Below, piece by piece: positions 49,701-63,426 of a stretch of 64,000 nt of DNA. Position numbers and translations under genes: made by a program. The stretch is from the NCBI GenBank assembly GCA_013265495.1, contig MU058844.1, positions 7,687,260 to 7,751,259 on the forward strand, given 5' to 3'. Source of the DNA: Vicugna vicugna. Lineage: Eukaryota. Numbering within the stretch: position 1 is the first letter of the stretch; every line of letters starts with the position of its first letter. The notes beneath the pieces are model-generated. The model saw only the letters and a list, made by a program, of their open reading frames with translations. It was not told where the DNA came from and made no database searches.

Positions 49701-52700
49701 AGTACCTAAAAATATTAAGCAAATACTAACAGATGTTGAAGGGAGAAATAGACAATACAACTACAGCAGGGGACTCTAATACCCTACTTTCACCAATGGG
49801 TACATCGTACAGACAAAAAATCAGTATGTACTTGAACCACACTACAGACTAAATGAATCTAACAGACATCTTATAGACAACATATTCCATCCTATAGCAT
49901 ATTCTTCTCAAGTTCACACAGAACATTCTCCAGAGCTTATCATATGATAGGTCACAAAACAAGTCCTAGTAAATTTAAGAAGACTAGGATTATGCCAAGT
50001 ATCTTTTGCAATCACAATACTATGAAATTGGAAATCAGTAACAGGAGGAAATGTGAAAATTCACAGATATGTGGAAATCAAACATACACTTCTGAACAAC
50101 CACTGAAACAAAGAAGGATCAAAAAGAAAAATTCAAAATATCTTCAGAAAAAATGAAAACATAACATACCAAAACTTACAGCTTGCAGCAACAGCAGTTC
50201 TAAGAGGAAAGTTTATAGGGAAAAATATCAACATTAAGACAAATAAAAATTTTAAATAAACAAACTAACTTAACCTGGAGGAACTGAAAAAAGAAAAACA
50301 CATCAAGCCCAAAGTTAACAGAAGGAAGGAAACTGCAAGTATCAGAGCAGAAACAAATGAAATTGAGAACAGAAAAATAACAGATCAAGGATCCTAAGAG
50401 CTGTTTCTTCAAAAGATAAACAAATTTGACAAACCTTTACCTAGAAATCTTTATAAATAAATAATAAATAGATACCAAGAGAAAAGGAGAAACAAATCAA
50501 ATAAAATCAGAAATAAAAGGTATTATGACATACAATAGAAATACAAAGAATGATAAGAGACTACTATAAACAATTATATGCCAATAAATTTGATAACCTA
50601 GAAGAAATAGATAAATTCCTAGAAACATACAACCTACAAAAACTAACCATGAAGAAATAGAAAATCTGAAGACACTAGTAACAAGTAAGATTGAATCTGT
50701 AATCAAAAATCTCCGAACAAAGAAAAGCCCAGGACCAGATGGTTTGTTTGATGAATTCTATCAAACATTTAAAAATAATTAATGCTAATCCTTCACAAAC
50801 TCTTACAAAAAATTAAAAATGAGGGAATACTTCCAAACTCATTTTACAAGGCTAGCATTACCCTGATACCAAAGCCAGAAAAGAACACTATAATAAAAAA
50901 AACTATGGGCCAAAATCCCTAAAGAATATAGATGTAAAATTTTTCAACAAAATATCAGCAAAACAAATTCAACAGCACAGTAAAAGGGTTATAGACCATG
51001 ATCAAGCATGATTTATCCCCTGAATATAAGGATGGTCCAACATACACGAATCAGTAAGTGTGATGCATCATATTAACAGAATGAAAGATTAAAAATCATA
51101 TGATCAGGATTGAACTTGACAAAATTCAACATCCTTTGTTGATTAAGAATTCTCAACAAATTTGGTACCTCAACATTATAAAAGCCTTATATGGCAAGTC
51201 CATAGCTAGTATTATACTCAATGGTGAGAAGTTTAAAGCTTTTGCTCTAAGATTAGGAACAAGACAAGAGTGCCCACTCTCACCACTACTATTCAATATA
51301 ATTACTGGAAGTCTTTGCTGGAGAATTAGGCAAGAAAAAGAAATAAAATGAATATAAATTGGGAGTGAAGAAGTAAAATTATTTGTTTGTGTATGATATA
51401 ATCTTACATATATAAACTCCTAAAGAATCCAGAAAAAAGATGTTAGATTAATCAACAAATTCAGTACAGTTGCAGGATACCAAATCAACATACAGAAATC
51501 ATTCTCATTTCTATACACTAAAAGCAAAATATTTGAAAAAAATAAAACAATCCCATTCACAATAGCATTAAAAACAATAAAATACTTAGAAATAAATTTA
51601 ACCAAGGAGTAGAAAGCTTTGTACAGTGAAAACTAAAAGATATTGATGAAAGAAATTGAAGAAGATAAAAATAAATGAAGATATCCCATATTCATATACT
51701 AGAAAAATCAATATTGCTAAAATATCCATTCTACCCAAAACCATCTACAGATTCAGTGTAATCCCTATCAAAATTCCAATGGTATTTTTTTCCCACAGAA
51801 ATAGAAAAAACAATCCTAAAATTTGTATAGAACTACAAAAGATCCCAAATAGCCAAAGCAATCCTGATAAAGAACAAAGCTGGAGGCTTTACAATTCCTA
51901 ATTTTTTTTTATAACTACAAAGTTACAATAATCATAATTGGTATTGGCATAAAAATAGAAATATAGATCATTGGAACCAAATCAACAGCCCAGAAATTAG
52001 TCCTCCCATATATGGTCAACTTATCTCGACAAGGGAGCTAAGAATACTCAACAGAGAAGGAAACTCTCCAATAAATGCTATTGGGCAAACTGGATCATCA
52101 AATGCAGAATAATGAACTGGACACCTACCTTACAGTATACATGAAAGTGAACTCAAAATAAATTAAAGTCAAACATAAAACCTAGATCCATAACACTCCG
52201 AGGAGGAAACAGAAAAAAAGTTTGATACAGATCTTGGCTATAATTTTTTTTAATATGACATCAAAAGTATGAACAATAAAAGCAAAAATCAGTAAATGAA
52301 ACTACCTCAAACTGAAAAGCTTCTGCACAGCAAAAGAAGCAAAAAACAAAATAAAAAAGCAACATACAGAATGGGAGAAAATATTGGCAAATCATGTATC
52401 TGATAAGGGGTTAATATCCAAAATATATAAAGAACTCATACACTTCATTAGCAAAAACAAACAAAAAAAACCCAAATCCCACACAATCTGATTAAAAAAT
52501 GGACAGAGAAACTACAGAGACATTTTCCCAAAGAAGACATACAAGTGGTCATTAACAGGTAAATGGAAAGATTTCAACATTAATAATCATAAGGGAAATG
52601 TAAATCAAAACCACAGTGAGATATTATGTCATAACTGTTGGGTGGTTATTATAAAAAAAAAAGATAAAATGTATTGGAGAGAATATGAATAAAAGGAAAC

Positions 52701-53345
52701 TTTGGTGCACTACTGGTGCGAATACAAATTAGTATAGTTACTATGAAAAACAGTATGTAGGTTCCTAAAAAAGTTAAAAATAGAACTACCATATGATCTG
52801 TCAATCTACTTTTGGATATTTAGCCAAAATAATAGAAATCAGGAACTTGAAGAGATATTTGCACTTCCATGTTTACTGTAGCATTATTCACAGTAGCCAG
52901 TAGTTGGACTCTGAAGGCATTATGCAGTGAAAGCAGACAGAGAAAAACTAATACTGTATGATATCACTCATAAGTGAAATCTAAAACAAACAAACAAACA
53001 AAAACTCATATAAACAGAGAGTAGAATACTGGGTACCAGGGACTGGGGGTAGGGGAATTGAGGAGACGTCAGTCAAAGGGTACAAACTTCCAGCTATAGG
53101 AAGAATATGAGTATGTTCTAGGAATCTAATGTACAGCAATGGTGACTATACTTAACAATACTGTATCATAAACTTGAATGTTGCTAAAAAGAATAGCTTT
53201 TTAATGTTTTTACCAAAAAAAAGAAATGGTAATTACATGAGGTGGTGGAGGTGCTAACCCTACTATGGTCATCAAATTATCACATTGCATACTTCAAACC
53301 TACACAATGTTATATGTCAATTATAACTCAATAAATTTTGGGAAA
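46755..53345 (+). mobile_element. Near full-length decayed L1 (L1MA-type): 5' UTR, ORF1 about 47940-48870, ORF2 about 49350-52900, 3' UTR
   Basis: ORF1 fragment MKNQGKIIPPKDHNN...; ORF2 fragments [42 protein letters not shown]; many stops and frameshifts; ends atgtcaattataactcaataaa. Confidence 0.95.
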
Positions 53346-53369
53346 AAATTAATTAAAAATAATCTCCTA

Positions 53370-53508
53370 ACAAATATATACTATGTATAAAATTTAAAAA
53401 ACAAAGACTTAATTTATAGCACAGGGAACTGTAACAGTATCTTGCAATAATCTATAATGGAAAGAATCTGAAAAAGAATATATATATATAATTTTATTTT
53501 ATATATAT

Positions 53509-53546
<38 letters not shown>

Positions 53547-53620
53547 CATACTAATCACTTTGCTGGACATCTGAAACTAACACAATATTATAAATCAACT
53601 ACACATCAACTTTTTAAAAA
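53370..53620 (+). mobile_element. Short cetartiodactyl-type L1 3' end
   Basis: atagcacagggaact...aatcactttgctggacatctgaaactaacacaatattataaatcaactac; possible TSD aatctcctaa / aatccccaaa. Confidence 0.85.
53479..53545. repeat. Compound (TA)n-(TC)n-(TA)n microsatellite
   Basis: Seen directly inside the L1 3' end. Confidence 0.95.
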
Positions 53621-54639
53621 ATCCCCAAAGGTATTTGAGAAGATAATTAACTAAACTAAATATAAAAGTACTAAAATACTATTTTTGTTCAAATTTTGGT
53701 ATACCATGTAAATATTCCATATCACCAAATATTAATTTTGAGGGATTTAGTTTGGCTTCCAAACTAGCACATGTTAGAGAATGTTATCCTTGGTCAATAG
53801 GGCACCGCTGTCATTCTGCAAATTTTATATGTGCTTAAATAAGAATTTAAAGGCAACAGTTTCTTAACAGAAGGAGAATGTACATCTTCTTCACCATACT
53901 AGTATTCCTTTCTCTTTTTTTTTGACTGCAGTTAAAATTGTACTTCTAAAACAGGGATCTGAAGGTCATCTTCTCACTCCGTTATAGTTAGTAACATACA
54001 GACCCTCCTAAGTATCCTTAGGAACGAACCAAACACCCTAGTTCAGGTGGCAGAGAAGCCACCTCTGCAGGGATGTTCCCTTCTGTGCCATTTTAATTGC
54101 TTTCTGACTTTCACAGAAAGCTGACATTTTCAATGAAGACATCAACACCAAGGCAGAGCCAACACTCATGGCTTTATACTGCCTCACATTTCAGGCTCTT
54201 ACAAATATTTTTAGCTGGATCAAGTCCATAGTGCTAAATATGCTCTATTATATCCATTCCCATGGAAACAGACACGATGTCACAAACACAGGATTACAAA
54301 TTTCACTGCCTGATGGGGCAAAAGAAAAGAAAATCTTCTTTGGCTGAAAGAACAAGAGCTTTTATTTGAACAAAAAATCTTGTAGCAGGAGCAAGGAAGA
54401 CCTAGGACCAAAAAATTACCTTCTCTTTCAAAAAACTGAGTTTTCCCAGAACAGAAAACTGTAGTGTGAAAGCTGGAATGGACCTATTAGTCACAAATTT
54501 AATGAGAAAATAATTTCCTATGATGTCGGTTACTTAAGGCTGGAAGTTATTTTCAGGGCTAGTCATTCCATGTTTTTTTTACTGAGCAGCTGCTCGTATG
54601 GAAAACCATACTTAATACAGTAGCCCACGTATGGACTAT

Positions 54640-55150
54640 GACACCAGCCTCTTAACTCAACCCCTTTTAACCATGTTGCTCAGAACCCCTAATAAATCTT
54701 TTCTTTGGGCAAAATAACATGAAAACTCCTTCATCTGGCCTTCAAGTTTCTCCAGAGTCTGACTCCAAACCCACTTAGTAACCTCAACATTTAAGACCTT
54801 ACTGTATGCACACTGCTTGTACATTTCTGCCATCCATATTTTGCTCCTGTTTTTCCCTCTAAAGTAAAAGTTCTGATCTATTATCTCCACATTTTAAAAT
54901 TTGACCTATCCTTCGAGTCATGCATCAAATGTGACTTCCATTTGGAAGCCTTCCTTCATTGCCCTAGCCATGAAAAATTTCCCTCCTGTGACTCCTGATT
55001 TCTAACCTTCTTAGAAACCTAAGACTCACTGCTTTGAATTAGCTTTCTTTCTTAGACATTTTGTTCCTTCATCACTAGACTATAAGACAAAACAATGAAT
55101 TTGAAAAACACTTATACATAATGAATGCTTAGTAAATATTACTAAAAGTA
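54640..55150 (+). mobile_element. L2 3' region
   Basis: tcaaatgtgacttccatttggaagccttcc...actagactataag...gcttagtaaatatt. Confidence 0.7.
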
Positions 55151-55349
55151 ACCAGTAAATTATGTTGAAATTTTCCATCTACATACAAATTTAATCTGAT
55201 TGTATCAGGTCCAGGTAGAATTTAAACTGGAAAAAAAGGTACTTGTAAATTTCAGGGCTGTATTGAAGGGACTGGGATAATAACTAATTTGAATAACATA
55301 CTTGATTCAGAAGAGTATGGTAAGTCATGGTGAGGAGGATTAATGCTTT

Positions 55350-55480
55350 AGCGTCTTCCTTTCATAAATGAGAAAATGTATATGCAGAGGCTGTATGGTT
55401 TACCCAAGTCACAGCGGAAATCACAGCAAAAGCTGGGATTAGAGCTGATAACATCCAAGCCGGTGGCTTCACCCACTCAG
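55350..55480 (-). mobile_element. MIR fragment
   Basis: ataaatgagaaaatgtatatgcagagg...ttacccaagtcacagc...gctgggattagagc. Confidence 0.7.
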
Positions 55481-56280
55481 CCTTATCTCTAAGAAGCCAT
55501 CTCTAAGCCTCCAACATAGTAGTTCTGAACTCTCCCATGAGAGTGAGTTGCTGTTGTTTTTTAACAACTCACATCTCTCAATATCCCCCCTGAAAATCAG
55601 TCCCAGGAAAAGTCAGAGAACACAGAGAACCAGGAAACTAATATTGGCACATGGCTTTATTTATTTATGAAATTAAAATATTTCCTTTGATAGTGGCTGG
55701 GAGGCTTATAGAACTCAAATATTCCATCTCACTTCTCTAATAGAGGTGCACAATTTACCGGGAGTGAGTAAATACCAAGGAAGGGACTTTTTTTTTAAAA
55801 ATCTCTTTTAGCCAGAATTTTTGCCAGAATTGACTCTAGATCAGAGATGACGGATGGATGCCAGCATTACTTTCCTTCACAGATCAATCATTTACTTTGC
55901 TATAATTTAGATGGTTGAAAGTGATGAAAAGAACAGGGCCAATTATTAAGATATTTGACTGGGATCAGTTAAAAAACCTCTAGGTACCTACAATTAGCCA
56001 TTTAAATCTTACACACTACTGAATTAAATAAAATCTATTTTCCAAACCTACTGCCTTCAGTAATTTGATGATTACTTCTCTTCTTATTGTAATTAATCTC
56101 TGCTTAACCTATGCAGTGCCTGATAAAAAGGAGATAAATATTTTTACTTGAGAAGGAATCATGTAGCTGAGATTTTAACTCAAGTGTACATAAACTGAGT
56201 CTATGAGTGGACATAGCTTCAAAAGTATTTGTCAATCATATGTCAAAGAGCTAAGATCTAGACAAAGTGAATTCAGGGAG

Positions 56281-56862
56281 TGTGGTGTGCAGTTGCAGGC
56301 ATGGCTCCCAGTGATCCCTGCCTCTTGATACTCATGCCTTTGGGTAATACCCTCCCTGCGCAAAATTGCTGGACCTGGAGACTTGCTTCTAATAAATAGA
56401 ATATGACAGAAATGCTGGAATGACACATCTGTTATTAAGTTGCAAAAATCCTGTGACTTCCCTCTTGCTGTCATTCTTTATTGCCTCTTTGACTTGCAGC
56501 TTTGATCAAACAAGCTGTCATGCTGCAGAGGCCCATGTGGTGAGGAGTTGAGAGATGTCTATGGCCAAGAGCTAGTAAGGATCTGAGTCCTTCAGTCTTG
56601 CACAAGGAACTGACTTCTACCAACAACCATACAAGTGAGCTTGGAAGCAGATAGTTTCCCAGCTGAGCTTTCCCAGTTGAGTGGGGAGTGGCAGTGTCCC
56701 CCCACTGATAGCTGGATTCCAGCTTGTGAGAGGCCTTGAAACAGAGAACCAGCTAAGACATGCCCATATTCCTGACTCACAGAGATTGTGAAATTATAAA
56801 TGTGGTTGTTTCAAGACGCAAAGTTTTGGTATTTTTTTAGTACAGCAATAGATCACAAATAT
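56281..56862 (+). mobile_element. MLT1F/G-like LTR
   Basis: atggctcccagtgatccctgcctcttg...gacttgcttctaataaatagaatatgacag...tacagcaatagat. Confidence 0.9.
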
Positions 56863-56899
56863 GATATAAAGTGAAATTCTCAGGAAGTTGAGTCTATCA

Positions 56900-57305
56900 T
56901 CAGAACCAGGGACACAGCTCATGACCCAGGCAAACTAATCAGTGTATTTCACATCTAAATGCACAGTGATTGGCTTAGATTAGACATGTGACCTAAATTG
57001 GACATTCACAGTGAATCTTAAGCCACTGCACAGAATGCTGATAGACATGCTCAAGAAATCATGTAGCCCCAGGAGCAGCTGATAGCTGTCTTGGAACCAC
57101 AAAAGGAGACATCTTACAATGAATTTGAATCCAAGAAAGACAGTGACAGAAAGAAATCTGGTCCTCGATGACATTACTAGACCCTAGATCAAGTCTTACT
57201 TGAAGTAACCATGGCTCTGGGTTTTTCAGTTAAGTGAAATATTATTTAACCTAGGATGAAATGAGTTGTCTGATAATTCACAGCATTAAAATTACCCTAA
57301 ATGTC
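56900..57305 (+). mobile_element. Old MLT1J/K-like LTR
   Basis: gtgattggcttagattagacatgtgacctaa...gtcctcgatgacattactagaccctagatcaag. Confidence 0.6.
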
Positions 57306-59989
57306 ATAACTCCCATATTCCTCATGTATTTGAATAATTAAAACTAAGAATTTTAAAAGGCATTAAAAAGCACCCAAAACCTTTTCCAATTAAGTGATAA
57401 AATATATCTCCCATAACAGTAACAGTCACAAAAAGCATATATTATAACTAAATATTAATATAGAATTGAACTAAAATGAAGTGCAATGAAAGTAGCAGAT
57501 AAGCAATTCAAGAAAACATCAACACAATTTAATTGTATTTGATTGTTTTGTAATAATTAAACATCAAAGTCAACACATATAAAAGGGCACTTCTGAGGCA
57601 GCAGCAGAAGTGTCTCAGAGCCAACTTTCTTTGAAGATAAGCTATGAATTCTATTAAATAGAAAAATAAAATTGCCCCCTGTGTTGAAGATTTGGAAACT
57701 GAAGAGAAGCTTAAATAGCTTTTGAACTACATAAACTGTGTGGGGGATTTTCTAGAAACTTCAGAGAGTTTTCAAACAATTCAATATTATACTTTCTCTC
57801 ACCTAATTCCTCACTTTATTAATAAAAACTTCTATTAGACTTTATTATCTCAAAGAATGAAAAGAAAATTAAATCCTGAAAGTTACAAGAACCATGAAAG
57901 GATATCCAGGCCCTTATTAGTGAGAAAATGGATCAGTTTCCCTTCTGTGGTGGGAAAAGATGTCCATGCAGCCACCAACCCAAGTAGCAGAGCCGTTTCC
58001 ACAGGTCTGTCTTTTCGAATGTCCAGCTAAATAGATCATAAATAATCTGATTCAAAGTTTCTGCCCTGATTGCACAAACCAGCGAATTTTTGAAAGTTCT
58101 AGAAAACCCTCATATTTCCCCTGTGAACTGGCAAATGTCAAGTATTTTTATAGCAATGTAAAGAGTTCTATTGAGACAAATACCAGGCAAATTTGTTTCT
58201 TCCTAAAATCTGTTCAGCAAACTCCACTGCCAGGAGGTAAAGGAATGAAAATTTAATGAAAACCTAATATGTTCTAGGTACCATTTTAATGTTAGTTACT
58301 TGAAAATAATGCCTGCGGTGTTGTACTTCTGTTATTATCTTTACACATTTTTCTACAACTAATGACATAAATGCACTCCCTCTCCCCTCAACTATTCCCA
58401 AAGAAAACAAGGTTTCCTTCTCAGGACAAGTCTATAAATCAACTCATAATAAGTCAGGACAGATGTATACCAAGTCACCTTAAGAATTCCAAATGACCTC
58501 CAAGTCAGGAAGGCTATTAACATATGTAACGCGGTTTGCCTGAATCAGAAGCAGAGTTGGTCAGCTATGGAATCACAGATAAACTAAGAAGCCAAGTGGC
58601 ACTTCCAAGGACTACTCAGATCAGCATGTTCCCCTAGTGGAGCAGGACTCTTAACTTGCTGCTAATGGATCCCCAAGTAACTTTAGATTATCTAACTTCC
58701 TGATTTTAATTGATCTGGGTTGTGCCTAGGACATTGTAATGTTTTTTTTAAAGCTCCCCAGAGCTGCAACCTTATCTCCAAAACTATGATCTGACTTGCC
58801 AGTGTATTGTAGGGATAAACCCATAGGTTATTGGGAGAGGTGAAGAATGCTTTTCCCTCTGTGTTTCATACTATAGAGGTATAGCATAAGATACCAAGTC
58901 ATGCTGTGTTTCAAAAATGAAAAAATGAACAAGGTCACTGAAAAAGAAATGCTCTGAATCCTATTAAGATACAAGGTGAAATCTGAAACAACAAATGCCT
59001 AAGGCGTTTCATCTACCCTCACCCTTTCTTGTGAATCTAATGGCTACTATCGAAGGAGGAAGAATAGAGAGGAGACTGAAAAAAAATCATGGTAATTTAT
59101 TAAATGAAACTCTGCTTAAATTCTGTATGGTGCCATACAAAACATGGCTATCATCGTCGTCATCATCCAACTTTCTTCCACCCAACTGGTCTTGCTTTCA
59201 TTTACATTAACTTAAAACCCTAGGAGTCATAGCTACAGGGAGAATAAGTAATAAGACTGATGCATAAAATGGTAAATCATATTTGACAGTATATAAAAAG
59301 TTACTTTCTACATACCTAATACAAATAATAAATAAAATTATTCAATTAAAAAAATAAGAATCTAATCTAAAATAGTATCAGACTTGCTTCTTTGCAAATA
59401 GGCCAAAGCAATCTGAGCAATGAGGAAATTACATAGTGAAGTATATCAGAGTGTTACTGCCTGAGCATGCTTTGGACAGATCTCAGGCAAGCTACACAAT
59501 AAGTTAAATTAATAAGTGAAGCATATTTGTAATAAAAGCAGTGTAAGTCTGGCATAGTTATAAATGTAGTGTGCAACAGATCTTCATAGAGGAACAGCAG
59601 AATATAGTATGCATTTGTTCTTATTTTAAGAAAGGCTGTTTCATGACTCTGCCATCCTCACCACAGATCACAGGCCCAGGGCTAGGGGTCAGACTAAAAA
59701 GCTAGCAATCTATATACATTACTCAAAAGCTGACTCAGAAGCTAGCAACTTTATATAGATTGATGTTGGTCAATGAGATCAATGAAATTCTCTTTCTCAG
59801 GGAGTTTGAATGTATGACTTAGAGACAGCCAACTGGTTTTAGAAAAGACAGAAAGGCAAAAACAAAAATCATATAAGGAAAAAGGGAATAGAATTGTGGA
59901 TCATGGCCAGGAGCAATCAATTCACCATTCTGATGCAGGACTGGAGGGAGGGTGGAAGAGCAGAGGTGGTGGGGACAGGAACGCCGACA

Positions 59990-60320
59990 CTTATTACTGA
60001 GTGCCAGCCACTGCTCTACGTGCTTAACATGTAGGAACTCATTTGACTAACACAACACTGTGAATCAACTATATTTCAATTAAAAAAAAAAGCCTGAAAA
60101 AAATGTTAGCAAGATACCATTTTTATCTGCATTTTATAGAAACTGCAGCACCTGCCCAGCATCTTGGAGCTGAGGATGAGTTGAAGACACAAGCTCTGAG
60201 ATTAACTGCTTAGGTTTGAATGGTGGCTATGTTGTTATGAGGACCAAATGAGTTAATATTTGTAAATGTGCTTAATATATTGCATGGCACACAGTGATTA
60301 GTAAATAAATGTACAGCAAT
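59990..60320. mobile_element. MIR fragments with a roughly 48-bp L1 3'-end insertion (60045-60092)
   Basis: MIR ttactgagtgccagccactgctcta...aactcattt is interrupted by actaacacaacactgtgaatcaactatatttcaattaaaaaaaaaa. Confidence 0.75.
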
Positions 60321-60371
60321 TACAAATATATGAACAAACATGTAAAAATGTGAAGCCAGGCAGTCCAAATC

Positions 60372-60932
60372 TGTACTAGTCAGGGATCTCCAGAGAAACA
60401 CAACCTATAGGATACACATAGATCTCTACAAGGGGAGATGTATTATAGGAACTGGTTTACATGCTTATGGAGGCTGGGAGGTTCCACAGTCTGTCTGCAA
60501 GATGGAGAAAAAGGAGAGCTGGTGGTATAATTTAGTTTGAGTCCAAAGCCAGAGAACTAGAGGAGCAGATGGTGTAAATCCCAGAACAAGACTGAAAGCT
60601 TGAGAACCAGAAAGGCTGCTGGTGCAAGTATCAGAGTCTGATGGCCCAAGAACCAAGAGCTCCGATGTCCAAGGGCTGGAGAAGATGGACACCCCAGCTC
60701 AAGAAGAGAGGAAGAGACATAACCATTTCTCCACTTTTTTTGTCCTATTCGGGCACTCAACAAATTGAATAATGCCCACTCACACTGGTAAGAGATCTTC
60801 TTTCCTCAGTCCGCTGATTCAAATGTTAATCTCTTTCAGAAACACCTACATGGACACATCCTGAAATAATGTTTACCAGCAACCTGGGCATCCCTTAGCC
60901 CAGTCAAGTTGACACATAAAATTAATCATCAC
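60372..60932 (-). mobile_element. MLT2B-like (ERVL) LTR
   Basis: tgtactagtcagggatctccagagaaaca...cccagtcaagttgacacataaaattaatcatcac. Confidence 0.93.
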
Positions 60933-61448
60933 CGATTCCATATCTATGCTCTCAGTCACAATGGCTACATTGTAGAGTGAGAGGAGAAACTGACAGCTGC
61001 AACTTTGACAAGAGACAACCAAGGTGTTAAATAAAATACAGCCATTTTTATAGTCTTCTGGGTTTTTAATGAGAGGAAAGGAGAAAGGCAGTTTGGCAAT
61101 TTCTGCAACCTAGTATCTTGGAGTGTTTCCCTAAGCCATCAAATCAATCTAATAGGAAGAAAAAAAAACTTCCCAGAATTTATTCCTACAAATGTATTTC
61201 TCCTTTACACTGGGTGTATGGAGGATTCTCCAGGGTACCAGATTCCACTGTTTCATTATGTGGCAAATAATCAGTATTGGTAAATAAAATTTTCTTTTTA
61301 AATGCCTTGAAAATTATCAAAAAATTTATGCACATCATATAGGTTTGACAAGTGAAAAATAGAACCAGGATGTATATTACTTAATCAAGAACTATTCTGG
61401 AGGAATCATTTTAAGGAAAAAAGGTTTTAAATTAATTTGGGGGTGGGG

Positions 61449-61773
61449 ACACAAATGAACTTATTTACAAAACAGAGATAGACTCACAGACATAGAGAAC
61501 AAGTTTATGGTTACTTGGGGGAAAGGTGGTAGGGAGGGATAAATTGGGAGTTCAGGATCTGTAGATATTAACTACTATATGTGAAAGAGATAAACAACAA
61601 GGTCCTACTGAATGAATAGCACAGGGAACTCAATGTTCCAAACATTGTAACGGCCTATAATGAAAAAGACTATGAAAAGAAATATATGTATATATGTATG
61701 TATAAGTTAATCACTATCCTGTACACCAGAAATTAACACAACACTGTAAATTGACTATACATCAATAAAAAAA
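61449..61773 (+). mobile_element. Short cetartiodactyl-type L1 3' end
   Basis: acacaaatgaacttatttacaaaacagagatagactcacagacatagagaac...aattgactatacatcaataaaaaaa. Confidence 0.92.
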
Positions 61774-63426
61774 TCAGTATATTCATTAAGCATTAATAAT
61801 CAATAGAAGTACTTAAAAACAGAACTCAATCTTATAGTTTGTATTTAAAATTTTCTCAAATTGAAATATTTATAAATTACTGAGGAAATATCTAACCATT
61901 TCATAATTTTAGTACAGAGATACTGGAAGCAGAAAAATTCTTAGGAACAAAAAGACCTGTTTTGTATATTTCTAAAGACAGTAAGTAGAGAAAACATGCT
62001 TAAAATTAATATTTAAAATAATTTCTTAAGTCTTTGTAAATACCAAAAAAAAAATTAAAGGTTGGGTTTAAATACAGAGGTCAGCGTAATAGCCTCATTT
62101 TTCTCAATTATGTGAATAATTAGGTAATAGAAAAGACTTATTGAATTGCCCAGACACTTGTGTCAAATTGGCCAAGATTAACAGTATTATGTTCATAGCA
62201 ATTGGAAGATATTCGTGACAGTACAGCCAAACTATTTTTCCTTCTATTTAAAAATCCATGTAGGTAGCTATTCACGCGTTCAACTGTAACAGATCTATAA
62301 ACACAAGTCAGTAAGCCAGTGTGGGCAAAATTCAGCTAGACCCCAGTCTGGAGCTATGGATAAAAGGAATTATTTCTCTGTTTCCTGACCCTACTAAGAT
62401 AAGAGAGGGTTCAATTTCAATGACACTTAATTCCCATGTGTTTCTCAAAAGCTTAGAGCAGAATTAGATATTGTTTTATCTAATGCCAAATTTATGTATC
62501 CTTTCTTCTATACCAGCTGGTTGTTCAGGTTCAAAAATAAATCATCTTTTATTTAATATGAAATTTAAAGAAAGATTATTTCTGTAGTTTCTTTTCTTTC
62601 CATTGATTTATTTTAAAACAAAACAAATGAAATGGTGCATACAATCAAATCTTTGAGAAAACACCTTCAATAAGGAATGTTTTATAAATATCAGGAATTC
62701 TCTACAGGAATAGGAACATAATGAGATGTTATTTCTGAACTTAAATTGGAAGAGGATAAATTATAGGACAGTATTGTAAAGCTGATGCTATCACTTTGCA
62801 AACCCTTAATTTTGCTGCCTGCCTAATTTAAATAAACCTGAAAAGTCAAGGCTATATTAGTCTCAAATCACTAAATTTATCTGGACTGAATAAAAAGACA
62901 ATCACCCTCACACAGTCCCATCAGATTTCACAAAAAAGTCCTGAATTAATCTGTAAACAAAAATTGTAAAATTATATGAAGTTTCAGGCTTACAATAATA
63001 AAATTTAAGACACACTTATGTTTATTCCACCATCACAACAAAAACAAGTTGCCAAATTTTAACCTTCAAAATAACAAAGTCACAATTCCCAGACTTTGGT
63101 TGACATGTATTCCTTGAAAGGGCCTTCAGTTGTTATTTATAATCGACGTCAAAATCATTAAATTTTGTGGTAAATTTGGGGGTATGGTATTTATGAGCTG
63201 CTTAAAATAATCAGATTTTGGTCCTCAATCATTTTATCAGGTCTATACTGGCATTAACTCTCAAAAGGGAAAAAACAGTCTGCCAGTGGAATTGTTTGCC
63301 TAAAAACAAATACAATTGATAGCAACAGGAGGTTCTAAATAATCTGTTACTCAAATCTAGCTAAACTGAACCAGGAAGATAAGTCATTCATTATCATGTA
63401 TTTCTGTGATGAAACATATGGTGCAG

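Noticed and set aside
57670..57686. CTCF-like ttgccccctgtgttg
   Set aside because: Only the AGGGGGCA half matches the consensus.
59095..59200. Minus-strand frame with a poly-Asp run (KLDDDDDDSH)
   Set aside because: Short (GAT/GAC)n run bounded by stops, with no splice support.
63145..63162. 17/18 match to 12410-12427 (gacgtcaaaatc.ttaaa)
   Set aside because: A rough estimate says a few such matches are expected by chance in 64 kb of AT-rich DNA.
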